44,017 bases of DNA from an uncultured Candidatus Saccharibacteria bacterium (GTDB lineage Bacteria; Patescibacteriota; Minisyncoccia; Minisyncoccales; PEYH01): the NCBI GenBank assembly GCA_964395215.1, contig CAYNAD010000001.1:1-44017 (forward strand), written 5' to 3'. The number at the start of each line of letters is the position of its first letter. The first letter of the stretch is position 1. Positions 1-8,134 of this stretch are shown in pieces. The position numbers were made by a program, and so were the translations under genes. The notes below the pieces were generated by a model. The model had not been told where the DNA came from. It saw only the letters and a program-made list of their open reading frames with translations, and made no database searches.

Positions 1-342
1 AAACAAACATTTAATCTTTTTCAGTCAGCAAAACTTTTTGTATTACCGTCAATTTTTCACTCGGAGGCCTTTGGTATTGTTCTTATTGAGGCAATGGCTT
101 GTGGCACGCCCCTTATCTCTACCGAATTAGGGACTGGAACAAGCTGGGTCAATCAAGATGGTCAAACCGGTCTTGTGGTGCCCCCAAGAGATATCAAGGC
201 CCTAAATATAGCCATTAAGAAGATAATGGAAAATAAAGAATTGGCTCAAAAGATGAGCCAAGCAGGGAGGAATAGAGCAAAAGAGAAATTTGATTTGAAA
301 ACAATGCTTGTTGAGATAGAAAAAATTTATCAAACTATTTAG
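1..342 (+). CDS. Glycosyltransferase (GT-B, family 4/1-like), C-terminal fragment; 5' end outside window
   Basis: Frame 1 is open from the window edge. Translation KQTFNLFQSAKLFVLPSIFHSEAFGIVLIEAMACGTPLISTELGTG... matches the conserved C-terminal EAFG..EAMA.G motif of GT4-type enzymes. Confidence 0.8.
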   Translation, partial: KQTFNLFQSAKLFVLPSIFHSEAFGIVLIEAMACGTPLISTELGTGTSWVNQDGQTGLVVPPRDIKALNIAIKKIMENKELAQKMSQAGRNRAKEKFDLKTMLVEIEKIYQTI

Positions 343-1662
343 TTATTCGTTTCTAAAAAATAATTGGAAAGTTTTTAAGAGGATTATTAGGTCTAAGAGT
401 AAAGACCTATTTTTTATATAATAAAGGTCATATTCAAATTTTTCAAAACCATCGTTTATTGTTCTTCCGTATCTGAATTTAATTTGCGCCCAGCCCGTGA
501 AACCGGGTTTTATGAGATGGCGAAGCTGGTAGTGGGAGATTTTTTCTTCTAATTGATTGACAAAGATAGGGCGTTCCGGTCTTGGGCCGACAAGAGAAAT
601 ATCTCCTTTGATAATATTTAGCATCTGTGGTAATTCGTCCAGATGGATTCTTCTTAATATTTTCCCTATTCTCGTGGCGCGTGGATCTTGTTTTTCAGCC
701 CAAACAGCTCCGTTGCTCTCTGCCTTTTCTCGCATAGAGCGGAATTTAATTAGTTGAAAGTTCTGTCTGTTTTTGCCTACTCGTGTTTGTCTGTAAAAAA
801 TTGGTCCCGTACTGTCCATTTTTATTAGTAGAGCAATAATGAGCCAGAATGGAGATGTTATAATCAGAATTAAGCACGACAGGACTATGTCTGTCACTCT
901 TTTCATTTTATCTTGAAGCCCTCTTTTCCCTTCTTTTAGGTTTTCCAGGAACCACATATAGTCCAAATTGTTGATAGGTATTTTTTGAAAAATAATTTCA
1001 TGAGCTCTCGCGATATCTAGGATATTGACTTGATGGATAAGACAATCGTACAGATATTTTTTAAGTTCCTTATTGGAAGACATTTCTTTAGTAGCGACAA
1101 TAATCGTATTTATGCGGGAGCTCTTAATCTTTTCAGATAAATTAGCAATTGCTTGAATGGGAATAATTTCTATTAGCTCATATCCAAGATGAGGATTATC
1201 TTTAAGAGCAAGGGCGAGATTTTCTGATTCTTGAGTTAGCTCTATAATGGCGACTCTGTTCTTGAAAAATGAGCTGAATAGTTGTAGAAATATTTTACGC
1301 CAAAGAAATAGAAATACTCCTGATAATAAAATTACAATAAGGAGATTTGTTTTTGGTGCTATCGTGGGGATGGTATAAAAGAAGACAATTCCTATAACAA
1401 GGCACGAAAGCATAGCTAAAAGTATTCTTACTGCAAAGGACACGCCTCTCTTGAGCAGGTCAAGTTCATATAGATCAAAAACAAAGAATACAAATAGCCA
1501 TATCAGGTATAGAAGAGAAAAAGGAAGTAGGTGTTTTAGAAGATTTTCTTGGGAAAAGCTTTGACCATAACGTAAAATTAAGGTTATAATCAAACAAATA
1601 TAGAGAATAGCTATATCTCCTGAGAGAAGAATCATTTTTCTAAAAACAAGTTTATTAAACAT
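343..1662 (-). CDS. Polyprenyl (undecaprenyl-phosphate) glycosylphosphotransferase, bacterial sugar transferase family
   Basis: 439-aa ORF with N-terminal TM helices. C-terminal sugar-transferase signature: RVGKNRQNFQLIKFRSM, DELPQMLNIIKGDISLVGPRPERP. Confidence 0.85.
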   Translation of the reverse strand: MFNKLVFRKMILLSGDIAILYICLIITLILRYGQSFSQENLLKHLLPFSLLYLIWLFVFFVFDLYELDLLKRGVSFAVRILLAMLSCLVIGIVFFYTIPTIAPKTNLLIVILLSGVFLFLWRKIFLQLFSSFFKNRVAIIELTQESENLALALKDNPHLGYELIEIIPIQAIANLSEKIKSSRINTIIVATKEMSSNKELKKYLYDCLIHQVNILDIARAHEIIFQKIPINNLDYMWFLENLKEGKRGLQDKMKRVTDIVLSCLILIITSPFWLIIALLIKMDSTGPIFYRQTRVGKNRQNFQLIKFRSMREKAESNGAVWAEKQDPRATRIGKILRRIHLDELPQMLNIIKGDISLVGPRPERPIFVNQLEEKISHYQLRHLIKPGFTGWAQIKFRYGRTINDGFEKFEYDLYYIKNRSLLLDLIILLKTFQLFFRNE

Positions 1663-1682
1663 TAATCTATTCTAATCAGTTT

Positions 1683-3785
1683 ATGGGTAAAAAATCAAGA
1701 GCAAAAAGAGAAAGACAGGAAAAAGGGGGAAAGAGCCCTTCTTGTAAAGCAATAGTTTCTCAACCAAAAACTATTGGAGAAGCGATATTACTTTTCTTAG
1801 TTTATGGGGCGACTTATCTGATGGCTCTTACTCCGTTTATCGTTAGATCCCGCTATTTTTTTCCTTACGTAGGGCCAAAAGGCCTGTATTTAATGGGTTT
1901 GATAGAAATAGCGTTTTTTGCTTGGGTGGTTTTGGCATTCTTAAGCCCGAAATATAGGCCCAAAAAGAACGCAGTACTGTTGGCATTGGTTGGCTATATA
2001 ACAATTTTGATTTTAGCTACCTTATTCGGGGCAGATCCTTTACGTAGCTTTTGGTCTAAATTTGAAAGAATGTCTGGCCTTCTAATGTGGCTTCATCTTT
2101 TTGGTTTTTTTATTGTGTCCAGTTCTGTGTTTAAGAGGAAGCATTGGGAAAGGATTTTCCTAACATCTCTTGGGGTCGCAGTATTTATTTGTATTCTCTT
2201 TTTTACAGACACAGACAGCGCGCTTACTGCCAAAGGTGGCTCTACTCTTGGAAATAGCTCTTTCCTAGCCACATATCTTCTTTTTAATATTTATTTTGCC
2301 ATTTATCTTTTTTGCAGTTTTTTGCCGGAAGCAATAAGGAAAATTAAAGCAAAGGAAGAAGCCCTGTCACTTGTGCTGAAAGTAACGCTTGTTGTTACCT
2401 CATTTATTTTTATGCTTGTTGTGTTGGGTTTAAGTAACGGAGACGCAGCCATAATTTCCTGTATCGGAGGATTTGGATTAATTTTTCTTTTTTGGTTTGC
2501 TTTTCAAATTAAAAAATTATGGATTAGAAAGATCGGGAAGATATTGGTGGCTTTAGGATTTATTGTTTATTTCTCAACAGTTTTTCTTTTGCTTTATCCG
2601 GGTAGTTTTCTTCAAACATATTATCTTAATTTCAGAACCGAAGCTCGTCCGATTGTTTGGCAAAATGCTTGGCAGGGCTTTGAAGAAAGACCAATTCTTG
2701 GCTGGGGGCCACAGAATTTTGGTTTTGTGTTTGAGAAAAATTTTGACCCCTGGATTGTTGCCAATGGGAAGCCTAATTTTGACCAAGCTCATAATGTTGT
2801 AATGGATAATTTAGTTGACGCGGGCGCCCTGGGATTTATTGGGTACTTATCTCTTTTTGGTTCTGTTTTCTGGGTTTTGTGGAAAAGGTATCGCAAGAGC
2901 AAACTCGCATTCTGGGCAGCAGCGATTTTCTCTGCTCTCTTGGTTGCTCATTTCACCCAAAACCTTACTGTTTTTGATATGCCTGCCAGTTTCTTGATGC
3001 TATTCTTTGTAATTGGGTTTTCTGGTTCTCTTGCAAGTAGCGATGAAGAGCAGGACGATAAGATTCAGAAAAAACGCATATCTCCTGTAGTGGTAATTTT
3101 GTGTGTTGTACTATTTATGTTTTCTTTTACTTATTTTGTTCGTAAGCCAACCTTGGCTGGACAAGGAGTGGTTCAAACTCTTATTTCGCAGACACACGAC
3201 CAGAGAATGCAGGCATATGAACAGGCACTACATTCTTCACCAACGGGAATATATCAGATTAGAAATCATTTAGCTGGTAGCTTACTTAAGAGAGCTGGAA
3301 AAGGAGATGCTATTGAGGAAGAATTTAGATTTATAAGTCAGGAATTAGAGAAGAGTTTACAATCGTCTCAGTTAGATTATGATAGTCGTCTTGCCTTAGC
3401 CAAACTTTATAACGAATATGGTGTGCGTTATGACCAAACGAAACTTCTACGAGCCGAAGAGATTTTGAGTGAGGCCATTAAATTAAGTTCGACTAACCAG
3501 AGGGCTTATTGGGAAATGTCAAAGACCTATTTTATACTAAATATGCCCGATGAATCAATTTCCTATGCAGAGCAAGCGATTGCCATTGATCCTAATTTAG
3601 CATATTCTCATCTTCTTTATGTTAATGTTTTGAATATTCAAAATAAACATGAATTAGCAATAGAAAAAGCCAAAGAAGCTCTGATGATTGTGCCAGAAAA
3701 TCAAGCGAAAAAAATCCAACCAAGCTTTAAGGAAAATTTAGAAAATATTTTAGGGATTGAAGACTTAGGGGTTGACAAGCAATGA
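1683..3785 (+). CDS. O-antigen ligase (Wzy_C)-like polytopic membrane protein with C-terminal TPR-like repeats
   Basis: 700-aa ORF with many hydrophobic helices. Has the loop motif NFDQAHNVVMDNLVDAGALGFIGY typical of O-antigen ligase-like proteins. The C-terminal ~200 aa is helical-repeat (TPR-like). Confidence 0.7.
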   Translation: MGKKSRAKRERQEKGGKSPSCKAIVSQPKTIGEAILLFLVYGATYLMALTPFIVRSRYFFPYVGPKGLYLMGLIEIAFFAWVVLAFLSPKYRPKKNAVLLALVGYITILILATLFGADPLRSFWSKFERMSGLLMWLHLFGFFIVSSSVFKRKHWERIFLTSLGVAVFICILFFTDTDSALTAKGGSTLGNSSFLATYLLFNIYFAIYLFCSFLPEAIRKIKAKEEALSLVLKVTLVVTSFIFMLVVLGLSNGDAAIISCIGGFGLIFLFWFAFQIKKLWIRKIGKILVALGFIVYFSTVFLLLYPGSFLQTYYLNFRTEARPIVWQNAWQGFEERPILGWGPQNFGFVFEKNFDPWIVANGKPNFDQAHNVVMDNLVDAGALGFIGYLSLFGSVFWVLWKRYRKSKLAFWAAAIFSALLVAHFTQNLTVFDMPASFLMLFFVIGFSGSLASSDEEQDDKIQKKRISPVVVILCVVLFMFSFTYFVRKPTLAGQGVVQTLISQTHDQRMQAYEQALHSSPTGIYQIRNHLAGSLLKRAGKGDAIEEEFRFISQELEKSLQSSQLDYDSRLALAKLYNEYGVRYDQTKLLRAEEILSEAIKLSSTNQRAYWEMSKTYFILNMPDESISYAEQAIAIDPNLAYSHLLYVNVLNIQNKHELAIEKAKEALMIVPENQAKKIQPSFKENLENILGIEDLGVDKQ

Positions 3786-3850
3786 TCTTTTTGATAAGAT
3801 ATAAGTAATTAGTGAGTGTTCCTAAGCTTTGCTTGGAACTCCATAAATCA

Positions 3851-3880
3851 GCAAAAGCCCCTTCGGGGGTTTTTGCTTTT
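3851..3880 (+). terminator. Rho-independent terminator after the ligase-like gene
   Basis: GCAAAAGCCCC-TTCG-GGGGTTTTTGC hairpin followed by a T-run. Confidence 0.8.
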
Positions 3881-3893
3881 ATTTATCTTATAT

Positions 3894-3918
3894 TATGCCC
3901 TTGCGCTATTTTTGACAT
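3894..3918 (+). promoter_or_regulatory. Conserved 25-nt box, copy 1 (TATGCCCTTGCGCTATTTTTGACAT)
   Basis: 23/25 identical to 5751-5775 in the same orientation. Contains TTGCGC and TTGACA hexamers. Confidence 0.5.
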
Positions 3919-4022
3919 ACCAGACCAACGCGACCCGACCTCTTGAAGAGGTTGGGTCGCGGGAGGGGGTCGGTCGGGTCGCAGAGATGATCATTCGGGT
4001 CTTGTTGTGGGGGCTTTGCGAG
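3919..4022 (+). ncRNA. Candidate GC-rich structured RNA element (unassigned family; strand uncertain)
   Basis: Lies in a convergent intergenic gap. GCGACCCGACCTCT (3930-3943) pairs with AGAGGTTGGGTCGC (3947-3960), or alternatively with GGTCGGGTCGC (3972-3982). No T-run follows, so it is not a terminator. The 120-aa ORF over it looks spurious. Confidence 0.3.
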
Positions 4023-4024
4023 TT

Positions 4025-4408
4025 TTATTTAAAAACTAAATTTGCTTTTATTTTTTTTGCTAATGAAAAATCTTTTAACTTCTTTGGTTTATGTTTGAAT
4101 AAATCAAAACCTTTCTCTTCATGTCTTGGGACAAGATGCCAATGGACATGGTTTGATTCATCCATATATATTAAATAAACTTTATTAAGTCGAAGGGTTT
4201 CAAGAAGCGCATTTCTGACAGCAAAAATTGTATCCATCAAATAGTCATAATCCCTATCAGGCAAAAGGTGCAAATCTTTAACTTCTTTTTTCCAAACTAT
4301 AACAGTGTGTCCCTTTACAATAGAATCTATCGCAAGACAAGCATATAAATGTTCATCTTCATATATGATGGATTCTTTTGGGGCAATAGGTAAACTGCTC
4401 ATATTCAA
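4025..4408 (-). CDS. HIT (histidine triad) family nucleotide hydrolase/transferase
   Basis: 127-aa ORF with the histidine-triad motif HVHWHLVPR near the C-terminus. Confidence 0.8.
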   Translation of the reverse strand: MNMSSLPIAPKESIIYEDEHLYACLAIDSIVKGHTVIVWKKEVKDLHLLPDRDYDYLMDTIFAVRNALLETLRLNKVYLIYMDESNHVHWHLVPRHEEKGFDLFKHKPKKLKDFSLAKKIKANLVFK

Positions 4409-4427
4409 TAATCATAACATGCTTAGG

Positions 4428-4464
4428 TAAAAAAAATAGGGGATGACGATAAATCGCCACCCCC
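4428..4464 (-). terminator. GC-rich hairpin terminator downstream of the 387-aa minus-strand gene
   Basis: Plus strand reads GGGGATGACGA-TAAA-TCGCCACCCCC. It is flanked by an A-run on the left, which is a T-run on the minus strand. Confidence 0.7.
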
Positions 4465-4474
4465 TTTTATTGCA

Positions 4475-5638
4475 TCATTGTGATGCTTCTAGCATCGAGA
4501 GTACCAAATCCAGAACCCTTTGTCCCGCCATGTAGTCAGTCTTGGGGAAGTCAGGATTTTTGAGGGTGCAGGTGAGCGTCCGTCTACGAAAACTTTCGCT
4601 TGTGAGTGCTCTTTTTATCAGACTTCTGCAGCCAAGTTTTGTGTATCCCACAGGAATCAATTTCTTTCTAGTGAGAATGAATTTGTCCTGCTCTGCCGAA
4701 AAACCGGGTTGAAGACTGAGACTTGGGCGATTCATATAGATCGCTTCTAAGCCAACAGTACTTCCAGTCATGAACACCGTAGAGCAAAAAGGGATTAATT
4801 CAATAGTGTTTATTTCTTCAGCCAAAACCATTTCTGGGCAGCCTTGAAGAAATCCCCTTATTTCTTTCTTTTCTTGTTTCGGCATTCTGGGATGTAAGGT
4901 TACTATTACTCTGGCAACCTCTTTTTGCTGTGTGGGTAATAAACCCAGAAGCTCAAGGCAAATTAGCCGGATGATGTCCATATCCCAAAATGGTAAGTTC
5001 TGTTCTGACTCTCTGAAGGCGTTGCCAGCATAGAGTGTGATAACTCCGCTGCCCAAGTCTAGTTTTCTTCGGATATCTGCTTCTTGATGACTACTCGCAG
5101 AACGGGCCTTCTCGAGATGGTTATCAAAATAGGGATTTCCTGTAATTACCAACTTGTTTCGAGGAAAACCCTGTTCAACCATTTCTCTTATAGCCAGAAC
5201 ATCCATTACCGCTATCTTGTCGGGCAAGTACTGAAAGCGCTCGCTGGAAAAGATGTCCGAAAATCTCTCAGTGTAGTTGCCCCAGAAATCCAGTACAGCC
5301 AAGGACTGAATTCTTAATTCCTTAGCAGCAAGCGTCAGGGTTTGCTCAATTACTTCCTTTTGGCTTTCTGCCTGTGAACTAGTGCCCGTGAGCACTAAGT
5401 CAGGTTCAACTTTTTGTAGAAGTTGTTTCATCGCAGACAAAGAAACGTCAGAGAGTCCGTAGTCGGCAAGTTCTTTATACACAATTCCGGCTTTAGCAAA
5501 GATAATTTTCGCCGGTGAATTATGTGCAACCACTGTGATTTCGGGTAGCTTTGGGTCTTGCTGAATTTTCCGCAAAACAGGGGCAATAGCATTTGCTGCG
5601 CCCGGATGGCACGCCGTCGCTAGTATCTTCTGGCTCAT
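4475..5638 (-). CDS. Hypothetical protein, GC-richer than its neighbours; possibly a two-Rossmann (GT-B-like) fold enzyme
   Basis: 387-aa ORF with AGGAGG 5 nt upstream of the ATG, plus its own promoter and terminator. Alternating beta-alpha patterns (ILATACHPGAANAIAPV, DLVLTGTS, FMTGSTVGLEAIY) suggest a GT-B/epimerase-like fold. I do not recognise a family. Confidence 0.6.
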   Translation of the reverse strand: MSQKILATACHPGAANAIAPVLRKIQQDPKLPEITVVAHNSPAKIIFAKAGIVYKELADYGLSDVSLSAMKQLLQKVEPDLVLTGTSSQAESQKEVIEQTLTLAAKELRIQSLAVLDFWGNYTERFSDIFSSERFQYLPDKIAVMDVLAIREMVEQGFPRNKLVITGNPYFDNHLEKARSASSHQEADIRRKLDLGSGVITLYAGNAFRESEQNLPFWDMDIIRLICLELLGLLPTQQKEVARVIVTLHPRMPKQEKKEIRGFLQGCPEMVLAEEINTIELIPFCSTVFMTGSTVGLEAIYMNRPSLSLQPGFSAEQDKFILTRKKLIPVGYTKLGCRSLIKRALTSESFRRRTLTCTLKNPDFPKTDYMAGQRVLDLVLSMLEASQ

Positions 5639-5700
5639 CGGTTCCTCCTTTTGGTTTGATATATTTGGTTATTATAGGGTACAGATTGGAATTTAAATTC

Positions 5701-5728
5701 ATTATACTATAATTCTTTATAAAGTCAA
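5701..5728 (-). promoter_or_regulatory. Sigma-70-type promoter for the 4475-5638 gene
   Basis: Minus strand reads TTGACT-16 nt-TATAAT, about 60 nt upstream of the ATG. Confidence 0.65.
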
Positions 5729-5750
5729 ATACGAAAAGAAATTAATAAAA

Positions 5751-5775
5751 TATACCCTTGCGCTATGTTTGACAT
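5751..5775 (+). promoter_or_regulatory. Conserved 25-nt box, copy 2 (TATACCCTTGCGCTATGTTTGACAT)
   Basis: 23/25 identical to 3894-3918. Located about 100 nt upstream of murB. Confidence 0.5.
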
Positions 5776-5791
5776 TTGTTATCATATAAGT

Positions 5792-5847
5792 GGGTCTCCG
5801 TGCTGCACTCGCTAATTAGATTTATCGGAGTTTAACGGCGGAGGCCC
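5792..5847 (+). promoter_or_regulatory. Structured GC-rich segment in the murB upstream region (candidate leader or small RNA)
   Basis: GGGTCTCCG (5792-5800) pairs with CGGAGGCCC (5839-5847). CTCCG can alternatively pair with CGGAG at 5826-5830. Confidence 0.3.
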
Positions 5848-5878
5848 GTAAGGGAAGAATTATCAATAATTAATTTCA

Positions 5879-6829
5879 ATGGTAGATATAAAAGTATTAT
5901 TACCAAAAATAAAAGAAAATGTACCCTTGGCTGGATATGCCAGTTTCAAGATAGGAGGATGGGCAAAATATTTCCTTGAAGCAAACACCAAGGAGGAATT
6001 AATTAGTGCCCTAAAGATAGTAGAGCAGGAAAATCTGCATTTTTTTATTTTAGCTGGCGGGAGCAATATTTTGTTTCCTGATAATGGTTTTGACGGTTTA
6101 GTGATTAAAATTCAGTTTTCAGATTTTAAATGTCTTGATTCTGGAATTTATGCCGAAGCAGGCGCTAAATTATCAGACATCGTAGATTTAGCAGCAGAGT
6201 CAGGGCTATCAGGTTTAGAGTGGGCAGCAGGCATCTATGGTACTGTAGGAGGCGCTGTGAGGGGTAATGCAGGGGCTTTTGACGGTTCTATGTCTTCTGC
6301 TATAGGAAAGGTAGAGGCCTTTGATATTGAAGACAAAGATATAAAGAGTTTTAATAATCAAGATTGTGAATTTGTTTATAGAGAAAGTATTTTTAAGAAG
6401 AATAAAAATTTAATTATTCTTTCAGCAGAGCTGAATTTTGTGAAGGGAGATAAAGAAAAGATAGAAGAACAGATGTGTAAAAATATTGAATATCGCAAGG
6501 AGAACCAACCTCTTGATAAACCTTCTGCTGGTTCAATTTTTAAAAATCCTGAATTTAAGATTATAAACAAGGAACTTTTAAAAGATTATCCTGATTTAAA
6601 AAAGTTTTCATCAAAAGGCATTGTTCCAGCTGGTTTTTTAATCGATAAAGCCGGGCTTGGAGGACAAAGAATAGGTAATGCCAGGATTTCTGAAAAACAC
6701 AGTAATTTTATAGTCAATCTTGGCAGAGCCAGAGCAGAAGATGTGATTAATTTGATAGATTTGGTTAAAGAGAAAATAGGAGCTCTTTTTGGCATTGAGC
6801 TTGATCATGAAATTAAAATTGTTAAATAG
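5879..6829 (+). CDS. murB: UDP-N-acetylenolpyruvoylglucosamine reductase
   Basis: 316-aa ORF with an FAD-binding PCMH-type N-terminal domain (NVPLAGYASFKIGGWAKYF, ILAGGSNILF) and a MurB C-terminal domain (PSAGSIFKNP, GNARISEKHSNFIVN). Confidence 0.9.
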   Translation: MVDIKVLLPKIKENVPLAGYASFKIGGWAKYFLEANTKEELISALKIVEQENLHFFILAGGSNILFPDNGFDGLVIKIQFSDFKCLDSGIYAEAGAKLSDIVDLAAESGLSGLEWAAGIYGTVGGAVRGNAGAFDGSMSSAIGKVEAFDIEDKDIKSFNNQDCEFVYRESIFKKNKNLIILSAELNFVKGDKEKIEEQMCKNIEYRKENQPLDKPSAGSIFKNPEFKIINKELLKDYPDLKKFSSKGIVPAGFLIDKAGLGGQRIGNARISEKHSNFIVNLGRARAEDVINLIDLVKEKIGALFGIELDHEIKIVK

Positions 6830-6834
6830 CTATT

Positions 6835-7233
6835 ATGATTATTCAAATTAAGGCCACGAATATTGAATTAAATGAATCACTCCGTATTTTTGTTGAAGAA
6901 AAGGTGAGCGAGCTTAAGAAAAATTTAGTTAAGTTTGAGGAAGTGCCCCAAATAGGAAGAGAGAAGATAGATGTTCGAGTAGAAATAGGCAGAACCACTC
7001 ATCATCATAAAAAAGGAGATATTTTTAGGGCAGAAATTCAGGTTTATCTGCCCAAGCAACTTTTAAGAGCAGTGGTAAAGAATATTGATTTAAGAAGTGC
7101 CATTATTGAAGCCAGAGATGAATTGGACAGGGAAATTCGGAAATACAAGGGCAAAAGATTGGGTCGGGCCAGAGGATGGGCAAGAAAGGTAAAAATGACT
7201 AGCAGGAATATGAGTCTTTTCAAAAGAAAATAG
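6835..7233 (+). CDS. hpf: Ribosome hibernation promoting factor / RaiA (YfiA) family protein
   Basis: 132-aa ORF. The N-terminus MIIQIKATNIELNESLRIFVEEKV is typical of the sigma-54-modulation/HPF family. Confidence 0.75.
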   Translation: MIIQIKATNIELNESLRIFVEEKVSELKKNLVKFEEVPQIGREKIDVRVEIGRTTHHHKKGDIFRAEIQVYLPKQLLRAVVKNIDLRSAIIEARDELDREIRKYKGKRLGRARGWARKVKMTSRNMSLFKRK

Positions 7234-7259
7234 CGTAAAATATTATATTTATTTTAATT

Positions 7260-7300
7260 AAGCCATTGCTCAAAGGGGCAGTGGCTTGACTTTTTATATT
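7260..7300 (+). terminator. Terminator after hpf
   Basis: AGCCATTGC ... GCAGTGGCT hairpin followed by T-rich sequence. Confidence 0.55.
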
Positions 7301-7346
7301 TTTATGTTATTTTAAATATAATCTCAAGTTAGCCAGGAGGTGGCTG

Positions 7347-8006
7347 ATGAAAGAACAAGAGCTTTTAGCAATATTGGCAACAGTAGTCGGAGCAGTACTT
7401 TTGGCTATTGCGGTTATACTTTCGGGAGGCGAAGTTGTAGTTCAAGGAGAATTTGTTTTACCTGTGGTGCTGGTTCAGTCCAACATTCTACCAGTTGCCG
7501 AGTTCATTTTTTCCTCGGACACTAATGCCGACGACGGTGTTGTCCGTTTCTCTGGAATTTCGTATGACCCGGACGGTTATATTGTGGACAGCACATGGAG
7601 CCTTGGAGACGGAACCCGAGGCGTCAAGGGTGACAGAATCGGTCATACCTATGCCGTAAGTGGCGTTTACACAGTGACTTTGACTGTTACCGACAATATG
7701 GGCGCTACAGATTCCAAGAGTAAACAAGTGGGTGCCTTCGTCAACCGCGGTCCGCATGCTCAGTTTACTGGAACGGTTAGTCGTTGCACCGGAGCCTATG
7801 CGTTATTGGAACTTGATGCGTCATCGTCATGGGACGATGGTTATATCGTGGGTTATCGTTGGTTCCAAAACGGCGAGGAATTGCCACGGTCCGGCGCACA
7901 AAAATCAATCTGGGTAACGTGTCGATCCACTTACAATATTGTCTTGATTGTGACGGACAATAATGGACGGCAAGATGATGCCTGCAGATTGATCTATGCA
8001 CCATGA
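7347..8006 (+). CDS. Secreted or membrane-anchored protein with two PKD-like Ig-fold domains
   Basis: 219-aa ORF with AGGAGG 7 nt upstream and an N-terminal hydrophobic helix. PKD signature WSLGDGTRG..HTYAVSGVYTVTLTVTDNMGATD, and a second degenerate PKD-like repeat. GC-richer than the core genes. Confidence 0.75.
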   Translation: MKEQELLAILATVVGAVLLAIAVILSGGEVVVQGEFVLPVVLVQSNILPVAEFIFSSDTNADDGVVRFSGISYDPDGYIVDSTWSLGDGTRGVKGDRIGHTYAVSGVYTVTLTVTDNMGATDSKSKQVGAFVNRGPHAQFTGTVSRCTGAYALLELDASSSWDDGYIVGYRWFQNGEELPRSGAQKSIWVTCRSTYNIVLIVTDNNGRQDDACRLIYAP

Positions 8007-8022
8007 GACCTATATCGTCCCG

Positions 8023-8070
8023 CCCCCCCCGCCCCCTGTTCTGTTTCTAGAACAGCGGGGCTTTCTTTTA
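8023..8070 (+). terminator. Terminator, copy 1 of a duplicated ~37-nt element (C8 tract + GCCCCCTGTTCTGTTTCTAGAACAGCGGGGC)
   Basis: The hairpin at 8031-8061 is identical to 8863-8893. A T-rich run follows. Confidence 0.8.
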
Positions 8071-8076
8071 TTATGC

Positions 8077-8105
8077 TTGACTGATTGTCATTTTAATGAT
8101 ATAAT
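8077..8105 (+). promoter_or_regulatory. Sigma-70-type promoter for the second PKD gene
   Basis: TTGACT-17 nt-TATAAT. Confidence 0.7.
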
Positions 8106-8134
8106 ATTAGTGAACGAAAGGAGAGGATTTCGAT

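Noticed and set aside
557-2997. Short nested or antisense ORFs inside the sugar transferase and ligase-like genes (557-757, 2563-2802, 2574-2792, 2815-2997). Similar ones occur inside secA, secD, lepA, pgk, xseA and other genes.
   Set aside because: All are fully contained in longer ORFs with clear family signatures. They have no start-site signals and show skewed composition typical of off-frame translation.
3816-4178. 120-aa plus-strand ORF spanning the intergenic GC-rich element
   Set aside because: It runs through a clear terminator hairpin, through the structured element, and antisense to the HIT gene. It has no SD and low-complexity odd composition. It is most likely a by-product of the GC-rich insert.
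8023-8030. C8/C7 homopolymer tracts as phase-variation switches
   Set aside because: Both tracts lie after the stop codons (17 and 5 nt downstream), so length changes cannot shift the reading frames. At most they would modulate terminator context.
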